Part shown: piece by piece, positions 1-11,775 of the stretch
How the letters are laid out: each line of letters begins with the position of its first letter
How positions within the stretch are numbered: the first letter of the stretch is position 1
Assembly (NCBI GenBank): GCA_028534125.1
Contig: CM052818.1
Span: forward strand, 37,140,001 to 37,204,000
DNA: 64,000 nt
Direction: 5' to 3'
From: Lama glama
Taxonomy: Eukaryota
Notes under the pieces: generated by a model
The model's database searches: none
The model's input: only the letters and a program-made list of their open reading frames with translations
Told to the model about the DNA's origin: nothing
Made by a program: the position numbers and the translations under genes

Positions 1-1830
1 GTCCTCTCCAGCATGCTGGTTCCTGACCCCCAGAAATTGTCGCAAGAGGCCACCCAGGCCAAAGCTTCAAGACTTTTTGTGATCTCGTTTTAAAAAATCC
101 CAGAATGTCAGTTCTGCTACATTCTATCAAACAAGTCAAGGAGGCCAACTCAGATTAGAAGGGAGGAGCATTAGACTCCACCCTTCTAGGGGAGGAGATC
201 AAAGAAATTGTGACCATCTTTCATCCATCACAGTCCACAAATTGTTTATATTGCTCCCACATGCAAATACATTTACCATCTCCCAAGACCTTCAAAATTC
301 TCACCCCATCAGGCTTAAGCTGAGGTCCAAGAGCTTGTTATATTAATAAGCCTAGAAGTTACATACAGCTATGTTGAATTCGTTGTATTAAGAGACAAAT
401 TATCTTCCTCTTCACAGCCAGCAGATAATGGTGATACAGGAAGAGGATCAACATAACAGACATTCTCCTCCAAACAGGTGAAAATAGGCACAGACCAGGC
501 ACTGGTCTAGACCAACTCAGAAATCCAACTACTTACAAAAAAGAACTGGGCACATGTTGCCACTACCTTCATTAGGCTCAGCCTTCCTTCCCGGGAATGA
601 TTCTCCGTGGCTCCTCTTTCTCTTCTTTGGGCTCTTGGTTTTCTCCTCTGAGTCATCTTCCCTTTCATGTAACAAATCACCTGTGCTTGCAGCTGAGCGG
701 TTTTCTCAGTCTGCTTCCTTTGTGGGTACAAAGGTCCCTTTTCATTTTGGACTGTCTCCATCCAGCTCACTATTTCTGTGGTACAATTCTCTTAAACCTC
801 TCTTTGTGTGTTTGTGGGATTCTTTTTTTGGGTTAATTCCATTAGAGCAAAATCATACTCACAATTATCTTCCAGATAAGCTCCTCTCTGGCTTACTGTG
901 ACATAGGGTACTGTGGGACAAAGCCTTTAAGATTCTTGAAGCCTTTTTATCTAGATGAAGGATTTTACAACATTTTACCCTTAAGACTCTTAACAACTTC
1001 TTTCCTACCGAATGGGTCCACTAGGCATTTTCTAAAGATTTTTATCAGTCCTACTAGGCACACCCTTAAATCTTTCTGAGTCTCAACAAAGGTTTTATAG
1101 CAACAACCTTAAGATTTTTACCCTGAGACCATTTCTTACTTAGAGATTATTTCACCATCCATAGATCCTGGGAATGGGAAACATTTTTGTTTTGGAAACA
1201 GGAAGTCTTGGCTTCTTTGTATTTCCTCTAAAATCTGCTTGAAAATTGTACATGTTTAATCTAATTCCTCTCTATGAGCATTTTATCACATAAAGTCAAA
1301 TTTGCTACTTTTCATATTGTCTAGAAGTCCCTCTAGCCTGATCTAAACATCTCATTAGACACTTTTTCTACTTTCTACATTACTACTGTCAATGGTTTCA
1401 CTAAACTTTCTGCTATGACATCTTTTCTCCAGGCTCCAAAAATATTTTCTCCTTTGTCCTTTGACACTTTACCAATAGTGTCCTCTGATCTTTTACCTTT
1501 CATCTACTTCTCCACTCCAAAGCCAATGCCACATGCTTTAGGATTGTGTTCTAATAGCACCCCACTTCAAGCACAAAATTCAGTTTCAGTTCCCTATTAC
1601 TGTGTAACAAGTTACTTCAAAATTCAGTAGTGTCAAATGGTGACTATTTTAATATATACATTGTAATTGTTATATAGCTTATAGTTATATAATTTCAAAG
1701 CAGTGTTCAGCTTCAAAAATTTGAGAAGAGCTCAGCTGGGTGATTCTTCTGTTCCACATGATGTCAACTGGGTCATTCCTATGCAGAGTGTTTAGCTGAC
1801 AGAAGGGCTGGTACTGAGAGTTTTACTCAA
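1..1830 (-). mobile_element. Old MaLR (MLT1-type) provirus remnant: partial LTR (1-~232), internal sequence (~233-1580), second partial LTR (~1581-1830)
   Basis: MLT1-like LTR motifs at both ends (ttctgctacattctatc...aggccaactcagatt; ctattactgtgtaacaagttac...gctcagctgggtgattcttctg). A MaLR-internal 5' motif (minus strand aattttgtgcttgaagtggggtgct) lies at ~1555-1580. Confidence 0.65.
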
Positions 1831-3729
1831 GCTGGTTAGTGAAATAATTGGGGTTGGAAATAGATCTTCCAGTTCCTACCACAGAGGTCTTTTCTTCTAT
1901 CCCAGGTAGCCAAATCTATCTTTTAATTTTCTGTGGTAGGAAGATTTCTTATGTTTTCATCCAAACCTCTAGAAAGGAGAGATGTCTTCCTTCCTGGACA
2001 GGAACTCATCCTTGATGTCCCTGGATCTATATGTATAGATTCATCCATGGGATGCCCATGGGATGTTCTAGACTGCCATGCTTCTCAGATGTTCCTTGCA
2101 TGCTGGTAGCACAATTAGGAATAATATGTAAATACAATGTTTTCTCTTATTTTATCCTTACTGTCTGAATGACAAGGTATTCAATTATAACTTATCTTTA
2201 ATTCACTAAGCCCTGCTCTGCCTAACCTGCCCTGCTGATGACAAAGCAAATTTCCTGTATTCACATTTCCCTAACTGTTATAACTGGGGCTACCCAATAG
2301 GAACTATAATCCTTGCCTCTAGAAATAGGGCTTACAATCAGGAGGTTATCAAGGCTTCAGCATCAGCGGAGCCTGGTAGTAAGTTTTATTTTTCCTTGTA
2401 CTGAGATTTATAGAACTCCTAGCCCCTTCCTTATTCAACTGACTAAGTCCATAGCCTTGCTCTCAGCAACTGTATTGGGTTTCACTTTTGGTTCATTTTG
2501 CCTCTGTCTATTTTTAGGGGATGGGGGGTCCATCTTGCTCTCATTCTATCAGATGGAATATGGGGATTATTTAAAAACAGTGATAAAAGCACATCAGAAA
2601 GCTTTCAGTGGAAAAGACTAATGTGGATTCTGGGGTAAGAAATCAGTTTGCTTCTTTGCTAAAAAACACAATGAGTGGAGGAAAAATGAATCAAAAGAAT
2701 AAAAAAGACACAGGACATTATCTCAAGCAAAATGGACATGAAAAACAAACTACAAAGCAAATACTGTGCACAATTATTGACCAAAAAGGAGAGAGGCTAA
2801 GATTTGGAAAAACAAATATTTTTCAACACCGACACATATGGAGCCAGAAGGCATTTTAATGTTTTGTGGGGTTTTTTTTTAATATCATCTATGCCAAGAG
2901 AATTTATGATCACAACATTTCTTCATGATTCTTGGAATTAATAATATAAAAAAGGAGCTTGGCGTATTAAAATGAAGATTCTGTTTTCCACAGTAGATTC
3001 AGCAATAGACACCCCAGAATATCGCAACAAGCAGCGAGGAGAAGTGTGGAGGCTCAGGGGCCTTTACATTTAGATTTCCATCTCTTTTTATAGAACAAAT
3101 GTATGACAGCCTGTGGGTTGGAATAAGCACATTAGTATGACCAATTTGAGAGTTTAAATGGTCGAGTTACCCAAAGTCTGATGCATAATAAGCTATCTAT
3201 GAGAATTCTAGCTACTCCTCAAAGCAGAGTTATTTTTCCCTCGGGAAAAACAGTTTTGTGAGGCCACAGTACATCACGCAGTATATACATGCACTGTGTG
3301 CCATATAAACCTGTAAGTAGACTATCCCATTGGAGAAGACTGCAGACACGCCAGACCAGGATTCCAAAGAGCGCCTCATTTCCATTTTTTGGCCCAGATG
3401 TACAGGAAATACCTTCAACTGATCATATTTTTATTCTGTCACATTTGAGACTGTTCCATAAGGTCACAGAAACGAAGAATTGGAAGGCCTCTTCCTGTGC
3501 TGGTGACAACATGGGATTCAGAGAGGTCAAGAGACCTTTCCAAAGTCATTGAGCCAGCCAATGTCAGGGCTGGGTCTAAATCCATTCTCCTCCTTCCTAA
3601 ATTAGAATTTTCAAACCTCTCCCCACACAAGCAAGCACAGTTTCTGTATTCACTGTTTTTTAAAATCTGGTATGTGTCTTATTATTATTATTATTTTGTA
3701 TTCATATGGCTTTGGATTTTCATTACGCC

Positions 3730-4430
3730 TCATTTCCTCATTTATTCATTGATTTGGCAGATATGTGAGTGGCTACAATGTTATATGCTGGGCATGTTCT
3801 ACGTTCTGGGTGACACAGCCTGTGTGGACTTTATATTCCACTGGGGAAAGGTAGACAATTAATTAATCAAAATAAAATAAAATAAAATAAGGGTCAAGGG
3901 TGCCAGGGGTAACTCTTTCATACAGGATGGAGAGAGGGACAACTTCTGTAATATAAGGTGACTTTGAAACAGAGCTCTGAAGGAATCAAGGAGCCAGCAG
4001 GGCATATACTTTGTGGATGTACTTACCTGTGTCGTCATACAGGTGCTGCACTTGATTTAATGCTCTGCTGTTGCCATCTTGAGATTCTTAATAATTTTTT
4101 AACAGAAGATATCTTCATTTTATAGTGGGCCCAGCAAATTATGTAGCTGGCCCTGGACCAGGGATGAGTCATGTGATGGTTGGAGGAGGAGCACTCCAGG
4201 CAGAGGACACAGGGAGAACACAAGGGCTGAAATGAACAAGGAATAGATGGCTGGTCAACTGGAGTAGGGCGGGCAGGAGGGGTGAGTAACGGGAGCTGAC
4301 ATCAGAGAGATGTGGAATGGTGGACCCTTGGAAGGACTTTGGCTGTCACACTGAGTAAGAGGGCAAAGCCACTGAGCAGAGTGGTGACACTGACCTTCAC
4401 TTTAAAATGATTATTCTGGATTTGAGCTAG
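3730..4430 (-). mobile_element. L2 LINE fragment, interrupted by an (AAAAT)n tract and MER45A
   Basis: L2 3' signature (catttattcattgatttggcagatatgtgagtg) and downstream L2-like text (gagcactccaggcagagg...gagcagagtggtgaca). Confidence 0.6.
3998..4155 (+). mobile_element. MER45A-like hAT-Tip100 DNA transposon
   Basis: Termini cagggc...ggccctg. Internal tttaatgctctgctgttgccatcttgagattcttaataattttt...caaattatgtagctggccctg matches the recalled MER45A consensus. Confidence 0.75.
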
Positions 4431-5221
4431 TTGGTTATTATGAGTTCAGTGTAAGATTTACCTATTTCCCAAAATAGCAATTTTACGAAAATTAGCTACA
4501 TAACTGATAAAGAAGCCTTTTTAGTTTTTTAAAATTCAAAATATTAAATAAATATATTAAAAACTTCATGAAAGTAACAAATTACCAACTCTCTATGGTT
4601 AGACAGACTAAATTAATTTATTCTTTTTCCTATATAGTTTGAATTTTTAGAACTTTACAGTTATAACTCCTAACCAGAAATATTCCTGTCTACAGAAATA
4701 CCCTTTTCTTTATCTAGTTTCACTAGAAAAGGGACCATACATATCCTAGGGAATGTTTAATCTTCTGCTATACTTCAATTTCCTCCCTTGAGAGAGAGAA
4801 GAAAAAAGAAATCATGCACCACTGTTGAATAACACCACTATTTCATGAAAGAAGATGTTTCTGCCAAATGTCCAAGGGAAGGAATCTTACTCAATTCTAT
4901 TGCTGGTTAGAGCATTTCTTCTGGAAAAATTAAAAATTGTAAGTTTCTGAAATGAAATCTGAAGATTATCCAGTATTAAATATATAGAATTTTAAATATT
5001 GATATAGGAGTATGAAAAGCAAATTTGAAGTAGCCAAAGGATAGTCTAGAGTGAAAGAGAGAAGCACTGGGTACACAAAGTGTATTTGTAGTTATGGAAG
5101 TACCTTTGTAAGGTGGGGTCCAGTGTATCTGTCAAAGTTGATGGGAGGTTCTTGGAAGAGGAACACATATAATACATGTAGTATCCTTCCAGCACTTTGC
5201 AAGACATAGCAATTGCATTGA

Positions 5222-5766
5222 AAGCAACAGCCAAGACATGGAAACAACCTAAGTGTCCATCAACAGATGACTGGATAAAGAAGTTGTGGTGTATGTATAC
5301 AATGGAATACTACTCAGCCATAAAAAAGAATAAAATAATGCCATTTGCAGCAACATGGATGGACCTAGAGGTCATCATTCTAAGTAAAGTAAGCCAGAAA
5401 GAGAAAGAAAAATACCATATGATATCACTTATATATGGAATTTAAAAAGGAGACACAAATGAACTTATTTACAAAACAGAGACTCAAGACATAGAAAACA
5501 AACTTTTGGTTACCAGGGGAGAAAGGAGGTAGGAAGAGATAAATTGCGTTTGAGATTTGCAAATACTAACTACTATATATAAAACAGATAAACAACAGGT
5601 TTCTATTGTACAGCACAGGGAACCATATTCAATATCTTGTAGTAACCTAAAATGAAAAAGAATGTGAAAAGGGATATATGTATGTATATGTATGAGTGAA
5701 ACATTATGTTGTACACCATAAATTGACACAACATTGTAAACTGACTATACTTCAATTTAAAAAAAA
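5222..5766 (+). mobile_element. 5'-truncated relatively young L1 (ORF2 C-terminus, 3' UTR, poly-A)
   Basis: ORF 5197-5445 reads AKTWKQPKCPSTDDWIKKLWCMYTMEYYSAIKKNKIMPFAATWMDLE..., the typical L1 ORF2p C-terminal region. The 3' UTR ends ctgactatacttcaatttaaaaaaaa. Confidence 0.93.
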
Positions 5767-5789
5767 CAGGGGAAAAAGGTTAGAAAAAT

Positions 5790-6740
5790 TTCTGATTTGC
5801 AAAAGATACTGTTAAAAAAAATGAAAAGACAAGCCATGGACAAAGAGAAGATATTGGCAAGATAGAAAGGACTTAGATCCAAAATATGTAAGTTGCTCTG
5901 CAAATTCAATAATAAGAAATCACCCAACCCAATTAAACATGAAAAGATATTTGAAGACACTTCACCGAAAAATGGATAACAAGTAAGCCTAAGAAATGTT
6001 GCTCAGCTGTTAGTCATCAGAAAAATGCAAATTAAAATCATAGTGCGATACTGCTACACACCTAATACAAAGGCTAAAATAAAAATATCAGACAATACCA
6101 AGAGGTGTTGAGCATGTAAAATGACTAGAATTCCCTCACATTGCTGGTAGGAATGCAAAATGTACAGCAATTTTATGTAAGTCACTGTACAACCCAGAAA
6201 TGCCACTCCTAGATATTTACCCAAGAGAAATGAAAACATGATCACACAAAAACTTGTGCCTGAATGTCTAGGGCAGCTTTATTTACAATTTCTCTAAACT
6301 GAAAACAACTCAAAATGTACTTAATGTTATAAGTGGATAAACAAATTCTGGCACATCCACATGAAGGAATACTATTTTGCAATGAAAAATGCAGAAAAAT
6401 GCAGCATCCTGGACGAATCTCCAGTGCATTCTGCCAAATGAAAGAAGCTAGACTCAAAAGGCTGCATACTGTATGATTCTATTTATATAATGAAATAATA
6501 TAATGAAATTTTGCCTGGAAAAGGCAAAATACATCAGTAGTTGCCAGGGGCTGAAAACAGAGGGAGAACTTGACTGCTAAGGGGCATAAGGATATTTTTG
6601 AAGGTGGCTATATCGGATTCTGGTAGCTGTTACATTATTTATAACCTGATGTATCAAACTCATAGGACTGCACATCAAAAATGGTCAATGTTATATGTAA
6701 ATTATGCCACATTAAGTAAAATAAATGTAAATACATAAAA
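5790..6740 (+). mobile_element. Older L1M (L1MB/MC-type) 3' fragment
   Basis: Decayed ORF2/3'-end motifs: aaatgcaaattaaaatca, ccactcctagatatttacccaagagaaatgaaaac, catactgtatgattctatttatat. Confidence 0.85.
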
Positions 6741-7589
6741 TCTAGTTAAAATCAAAAGACATGGTATCTAGTTGACATCAAAAGAAAAAATATGCCAAAC
6801 AATAGGAAAAACATAAGATGTCCAGGGTGTCTCATATTTGACAGTAATTAAAAGTGAACATTTCCAATAACTATCTTTGAACTGAAAATCAGTCTGACAT
6901 TTGACTGGTTAGAATCCACGTATACCTTTGAAAACTACATATTAGTGATAATTTAAGAATGAAATATGGTGGTGAGTGATCTAAATAGATTAAATTTCAT
7001 TTAAAAAATGAAATAACTGAAAAAGCCTTTACTTACTAGTTTATTCAGCCTTACAGAAATTATCTGAATAGTTGAACCTCCAAGATGTAGAATGAAAAAT
7101 ATTTACTCAACAAAGGCAAACAGGGAGCAAGAAACATCACCTTTGAGAGCTGCTCTTCAATTGGTCAAGAGATGTTGATTTCTACAAGGCCCTTAGGAAC
7201 CATTACAACTTCAGTTCTTAGTATCACATGTGATTATTGCTTATTTGCCTTAAGCATTCGATATGTAAATATTTGACATGGTGCCAACACAGTAGATTTG
7301 CTTTAGAACCTTACCGATCTTTTTTATATTTCAGTTCTCATAGCTTTCATGATCTAGTTATCCTAATGGAAAAACCTGGTCATTCTGTGGAAGCTCTTTT
7401 CCTGCCGTGGTCTTTGATGCTTTCTCTGCTCTCTTGTTGAAAATGCAGAGATCTCAAGTCTAGGAAACGTAATCATGCTTGTCCACAAGGGAGAGAAACA
7501 CTGCTTTGTGTCTGGGCGATCAGATTTTTAAAAATAAAAAATGGAGAATCAAAGAAGTACAAATGAAACTAACCTGGAAATACCATTTT

Positions 7590-7940
7590 CACATCTACTA
7601 AAATAACAACTGTAAAGCAAACAATAGTTCTCAATCCTGCTGATGCTATGATGAAAGTGGTACTTTTTTGCCCCCTCTAAAATGACCTCATAAATTTCTA
7701 AAATTATTTGTGGTGACAAAATGGAGGTGCATTGCAAGATCTTAAAAATGTACATTTGATTAAATACTTCGCCATTTAGGAATTTATCCAAAGGAAATAA
7801 TTTGATGGGAGAAAAAATGATGCCTGACCCATATATCATCCCAGAATGAGCTAAAATAGCATTAAAATAGAAAACTAATTAAATGTACACCATTAGGGGA
7901 ATTGGATAAAAGAGAAAAGAAATTTAGTGGAATACGGACT
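7590..7940 (+). mobile_element. Highly decayed L1M fragment
   Basis: ttaggaatttatccaaaggaaataat; aaactaattaaatgtacaccattagggga. Confidence 0.55.
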
Positions 7941-8029
7941 GTGTGGACCTCTTAGGAAATGCGAGAATTAGTTTTAGCTGCCTGTGGTCAGCACCTCTGT
8001 TTAATACATCCTGCTTCCTCCCGTATCAC

Positions 8030-8245
8030 CCCTCCAGTGATTCTAAGCACCATTGAACAAACTACACCTTCTGTTATTTTCTTCATTATTTGTCTCCTTT
8101 AACCAGAAAGAAAGAAAAAAAAAAAAAAACACCTCATGAATGCGGGGATTTCTGCCTGTGTTCTTCACTGTGGTCTTTCCTGTACCTAGAGCAGTTCCTG
8201 GCATGTAGCAGACACTACATAAATATTCATTAGAACATTTAAAAA
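8030..8245 (+). mobile_element. L2 3' end
   Basis: tgttcttcactgtgg...cctagagcagttcctggcatgtagcagacactacataaatatt. Confidence 0.7.
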
Positions 8246-8329
8246 ATGATTGAGAAGATGCTCAGCAAGGACTTTTCAGTAGCCTGGTTTTGATTCTGTT
8301 TCTGTTTGCTTTTTATTTAGCCGTTTGTT

Positions 8330-8910
8330 TATTTGTCCATTCAGCAAATGTTTACTAAGCCCTGCTCTGAGACAGACGTCGTTGTTGGTGCTGCTTCGTA
8401 GATGTGACCCCGACAGTTGTGATCCTGCAGTTCCATGAGGCTCTCGGTCTGATGGGAAAGAGGGCCCCGGAGCAGGAATCACCAGGAAGAAGAAAGAGGA
8501 GGAGAGGGTGCTATAGGGATGTATTCTGTAAGGATTCCCCTCCTTAGGAATTAGAGATCCCCAGAGATCAAAGCCTTGAGGGGTGAAGAGGAGCTCACAA
8601 GGGGAGAATGTTCCAGACCTGAACATGTCCAGACACACATGAGAAGGACCGGAGCGCTGAGTCTGGCACGTCCGAAGACAGAAGGGTGGCCAAAGTCGCC
8701 GTGGGTGGGGAATGACCATTGCAGAGGGGGCACGAACCTGGAGGCACTCAGACTGGAGTGAGGAGGGCCTGGAATCCCCGCTTCAGGACTCAGGGCTCTA
8801 TCTCGAGAGCGACGGAAAACAGCTGACAAAATAGAGGTGTAAACGGGGAAGTGATCTGGTCACACTTGACGTTTGCAGCGATGACCGTGGCTGCCGTTTT
8901 GAGCGTGGGT
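8330..8910 (-). mobile_element. L2 fragment
   Basis: cattcagcaaatgtttactaagccctgctct; ggaagtgatctggtcacacttgacgttt...gtggctgccg. Confidence 0.55.
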
Positions 8911-9879
8911 AGGAAGCACGGAAGGCAGGAGGCAGCTGGTCCCAGAGGGTTATGCAGGCGTGGGCTGGAGGTCCGGAGTCCCATCCCTGTTTGCTATCTG
9001 ATCTCCCCTGGATAAAGGAGATCTCTGTTCTGCCTGCCTCATTAAGTGGATCTTAGAGATGCTGTGGTTATAAGGCTGCAGAGCCCTGTCAGTGAGAGGT
9101 GTGTTTGATTTCCTCCTCTGACCTGGGAAAGGAGAGCATCAAAATGAGGGAAAGGCTCATATTGTCTCAGTACTTACACGTGAGTCGAGAAATGGGCTTA
9201 TGTGCACCGACAGTCCATTTGACAATGATGTGAAGATATTTGTTCGAGTCATACTTTCAATTCCTTTGAACAGTTTGCACAGGCTTGGGGACGGGGTACA
9301 TTAAGGGATCTCTGTTTGCTTGCTTTTACCATATAGATTAATTCGGTAGCAGAAGCAGAGGGTTGCTATGGAATCATGAAAATGCTAATGCTTGCAAAGT
9401 TCTTCCCGCTGTCCCACAAACAGGCCTGGGCCCTGGCAGCCAGCCCTGAGGGAGGCGGGTTCCCTGCGGAGTGCCCAGACTCACAGGGGTGGTGCTGGCT
9501 GCTGGTCCCCCAGTGCTCCATTTCTAATCAGTTCCTCGCCTGCTGTGGCTTGGGGCCCAGCCTTTCAATTATTCAAGAATTGGAAAGTATTTGTTGCCTG
9601 ATGCAGGATTTGCTTTCATTCAACAGAACAAAATCCTGATAGGTGAGATTCAGCACCCAGGGCAGCCGGGTCTCTGGATGCATGCGGATTGCCCACAGAG
9701 GGGCAGTTGCTCTGGGAAGCGGTTCAGTTCAAACGGCATATAGAGTGGATGGAAGAAGGGAAAAGAGACAAACAGAGATGAATAGGGAACAACCTGATTT
9801 CGCCTTCTATTCGTCCAGCTAGAAAACTAGAGCGTAAACCTCAGGCTGTGGCTTTGAGGAAAGAGGCAGCTTTGAAGGG

Positions 9880-10030
9880 CGTGGGGAGGGGCTCTGGGTT
9901 CCAGCCTACATTCTGCTGCTAACCTGCCCTGTGTCTTTGGGAAATCGTCTCTCCTCTTTGGGCCATCGTTTCTTCACCTGTGAAATGAGAAAGGTGGATT
10001 ATTTGATCTCTAAGATTCCTGCACTTCTGT
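9880..10030 (+). mobile_element. MIR SINE
   Basis: Core-like gggccatcgtttcttcacctgtgaaatgaga. Confidence 0.65.
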
Positions 10031-10339
10031 GACTTTTAATTTCAGAGTGATTTGCAGGTCTTGGTGCCAGCCATTACCAGATCCTCTGCTTCGGATGGAG
10101 CTGGTGCTGTTACAGTCTCTTCTGTTCCTTTCATCCATTTAAGTCTTTATTCTTACTTTCAGCAAAAGGGGATTTGCTGTGTACTTGAGGGAACCCCTTC
10201 AGGGGATCCCAGACTGTGATCCTTGTGTGGTGTACCCAGATTATGGAGGGCAAGTTAGGCACCGCTTCTACTTTGGCTTTCTCACTAGACCCTGAAGACA
10301 GGTTTGGTTCTAGAAGCCATGAGACCTATTCTTTTATGC

Positions 10340-10620
10340 ATCTATTCATTCAACAAACATTTACTGAGCATAAGCTATAAGCCAGATGGCATATAAGGGA
10401 AAATCAAAACTGAAGCAGGTAAAGGGCATGCCCTCAAATTCAGATGGTTTTCTCAATGAGACTGATATGTAATAGGAAAGCTATAGTGCACAGGGATAAA
10501 TGCCAAGTAATTTTTACATGCACAGGGCATTATGAGCGCACACAGGAGAAGCACCTTTGAACATTAACCAGAGAGTCAAGGAGCACCTCTCAGAGGGGCT
10601 GACATCTGAGTGAAGAATGA
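10340..10620 (-). mobile_element. L2 3' fragment
   Basis: attcattcaacaaacatttactgagca. Confidence 0.7.
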
Positions 10621-10624
10621 TTTT

Positions 10625-11180
10625 TAAGCAGTTGCATTACTTTATTCTGGTTATGAAAGTTACATACATATATATGTATATATGGGATATATATATATAT
10701 ATAATTATGAAATACATTTGTATGAAATAAAATTCAGAACATTCAGAAAAGAAAATAAGGACAGTTATCCCGTAATTTGAGATAATAACTAATTTAATTT
10801 TGGTAAATCTCTTCAAGGTATTTTTGATGTCTTTTCTTTCATTTTATTGTTTTGACAAAAATCACACTGCAAATACTGCTTTCTCAGTTGCATATTCATT
10901 TGGTAATATATCATTGACTTTCTCATATCAATAAATAAAATTCTACTTTGTTATTTTTTAAGACTTGTATATCATATTCTATTGTATAGATGCTCTGTTA
11001 TTCTTTTAAATAATAGCCTATTGACAGATTTGCATTATTCCAATTTTTCAATATTATAAAAAACATTGTGATAAACACGTTTTTCCTTAGGACAGATTCT
11101 TAGAAGTTGGTTATGTAGGTGAAAGGGTATTTTAAATATTGACACACATTGCCAGATTGTCTTTAGCTTAAAAGCAAAAT
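10625..11180 (-). mobile_element. Decayed L1ME-type fragment
   Basis: tatcatattctattgtatagatg...ccaatttttcaatattataaaaaacattgtgataaac...cattgccagattg. Confidence 0.55.
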
Positions 11181-11208
11181 TGTGTGTGTGTGTGTGTGTG
11201 TGTGTGTG
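11181..11208. repeat. (TG)n microsatellite
   Basis: Direct observation. Confidence 0.95.
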
Positions 11209-11661
11209 CACCCACACAATTACATGTATTTGCTTTAGCTAATACTGAGTACCTACTCTATGCCAGATAGTAGACTAAGCAGTTTAGATACACTATCTGA
11301 TTTAATGATTGTCATACTTTAGCCCCAGCTGAAGTCCATACACTACTAATAGCAGATACTTCAAGAAAAATAATCCAGAAACACTTTTTATTTGCCAACC
11401 CAAGACATTTGGTAGTATTTGGAAGCAGAAGAGTAAGCATATACAATATGAAAGAGATAGTAAAGTCTTAGTTTTAGCCTTGTTAAGAAGTCTGTCTTAG
11501 CCATCGGTCAGAGTCCATGACCTATAAACTTAAATCCAAGCGGAGAAGTTGCCCAGCTGGAGTCTGTGATCGCTGCCGTGATGAACATCCCACCTTGCAG
11601 CCGTCCATGACATTTTTAGTTCTCTGTACCAGCTCATGTTGCCGCAGTGTTTCCTAGAAAT

Positions 11662-11775
11662 AGGGAGCCCCTACGAGGGTCCTGGTCTATGCCTGTTGTC
11701 TCAAAGTAATGATTGATATGGCGCCCTTTCATTCTCGAAAGTGTCCCACGTTGGAAAATAACTGACTTTGGGGAA
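11662..11775 (-). mobile_element. MER94-like hAT-Blackjack DNA transposon
   Basis: tatgcctgttgtc...gcgccctttcattctcgaaagtgtccc...ttggaaaataa matches the reverse complement of the recalled MER94 consensus. Confidence 0.65.

Noticed and set aside
2985..3075. Acceptor ttttccacag followed by a short frame DSAIDTPEYRNKQRGEVWRLRGLYI*
   Set aside because: No recognisable homology and no partner exons identified.
5197..5445. 82-aa ORF as a cellular gene
   Set aside because: It is the C-terminus of L1 ORF2p from a 5'-truncated element.
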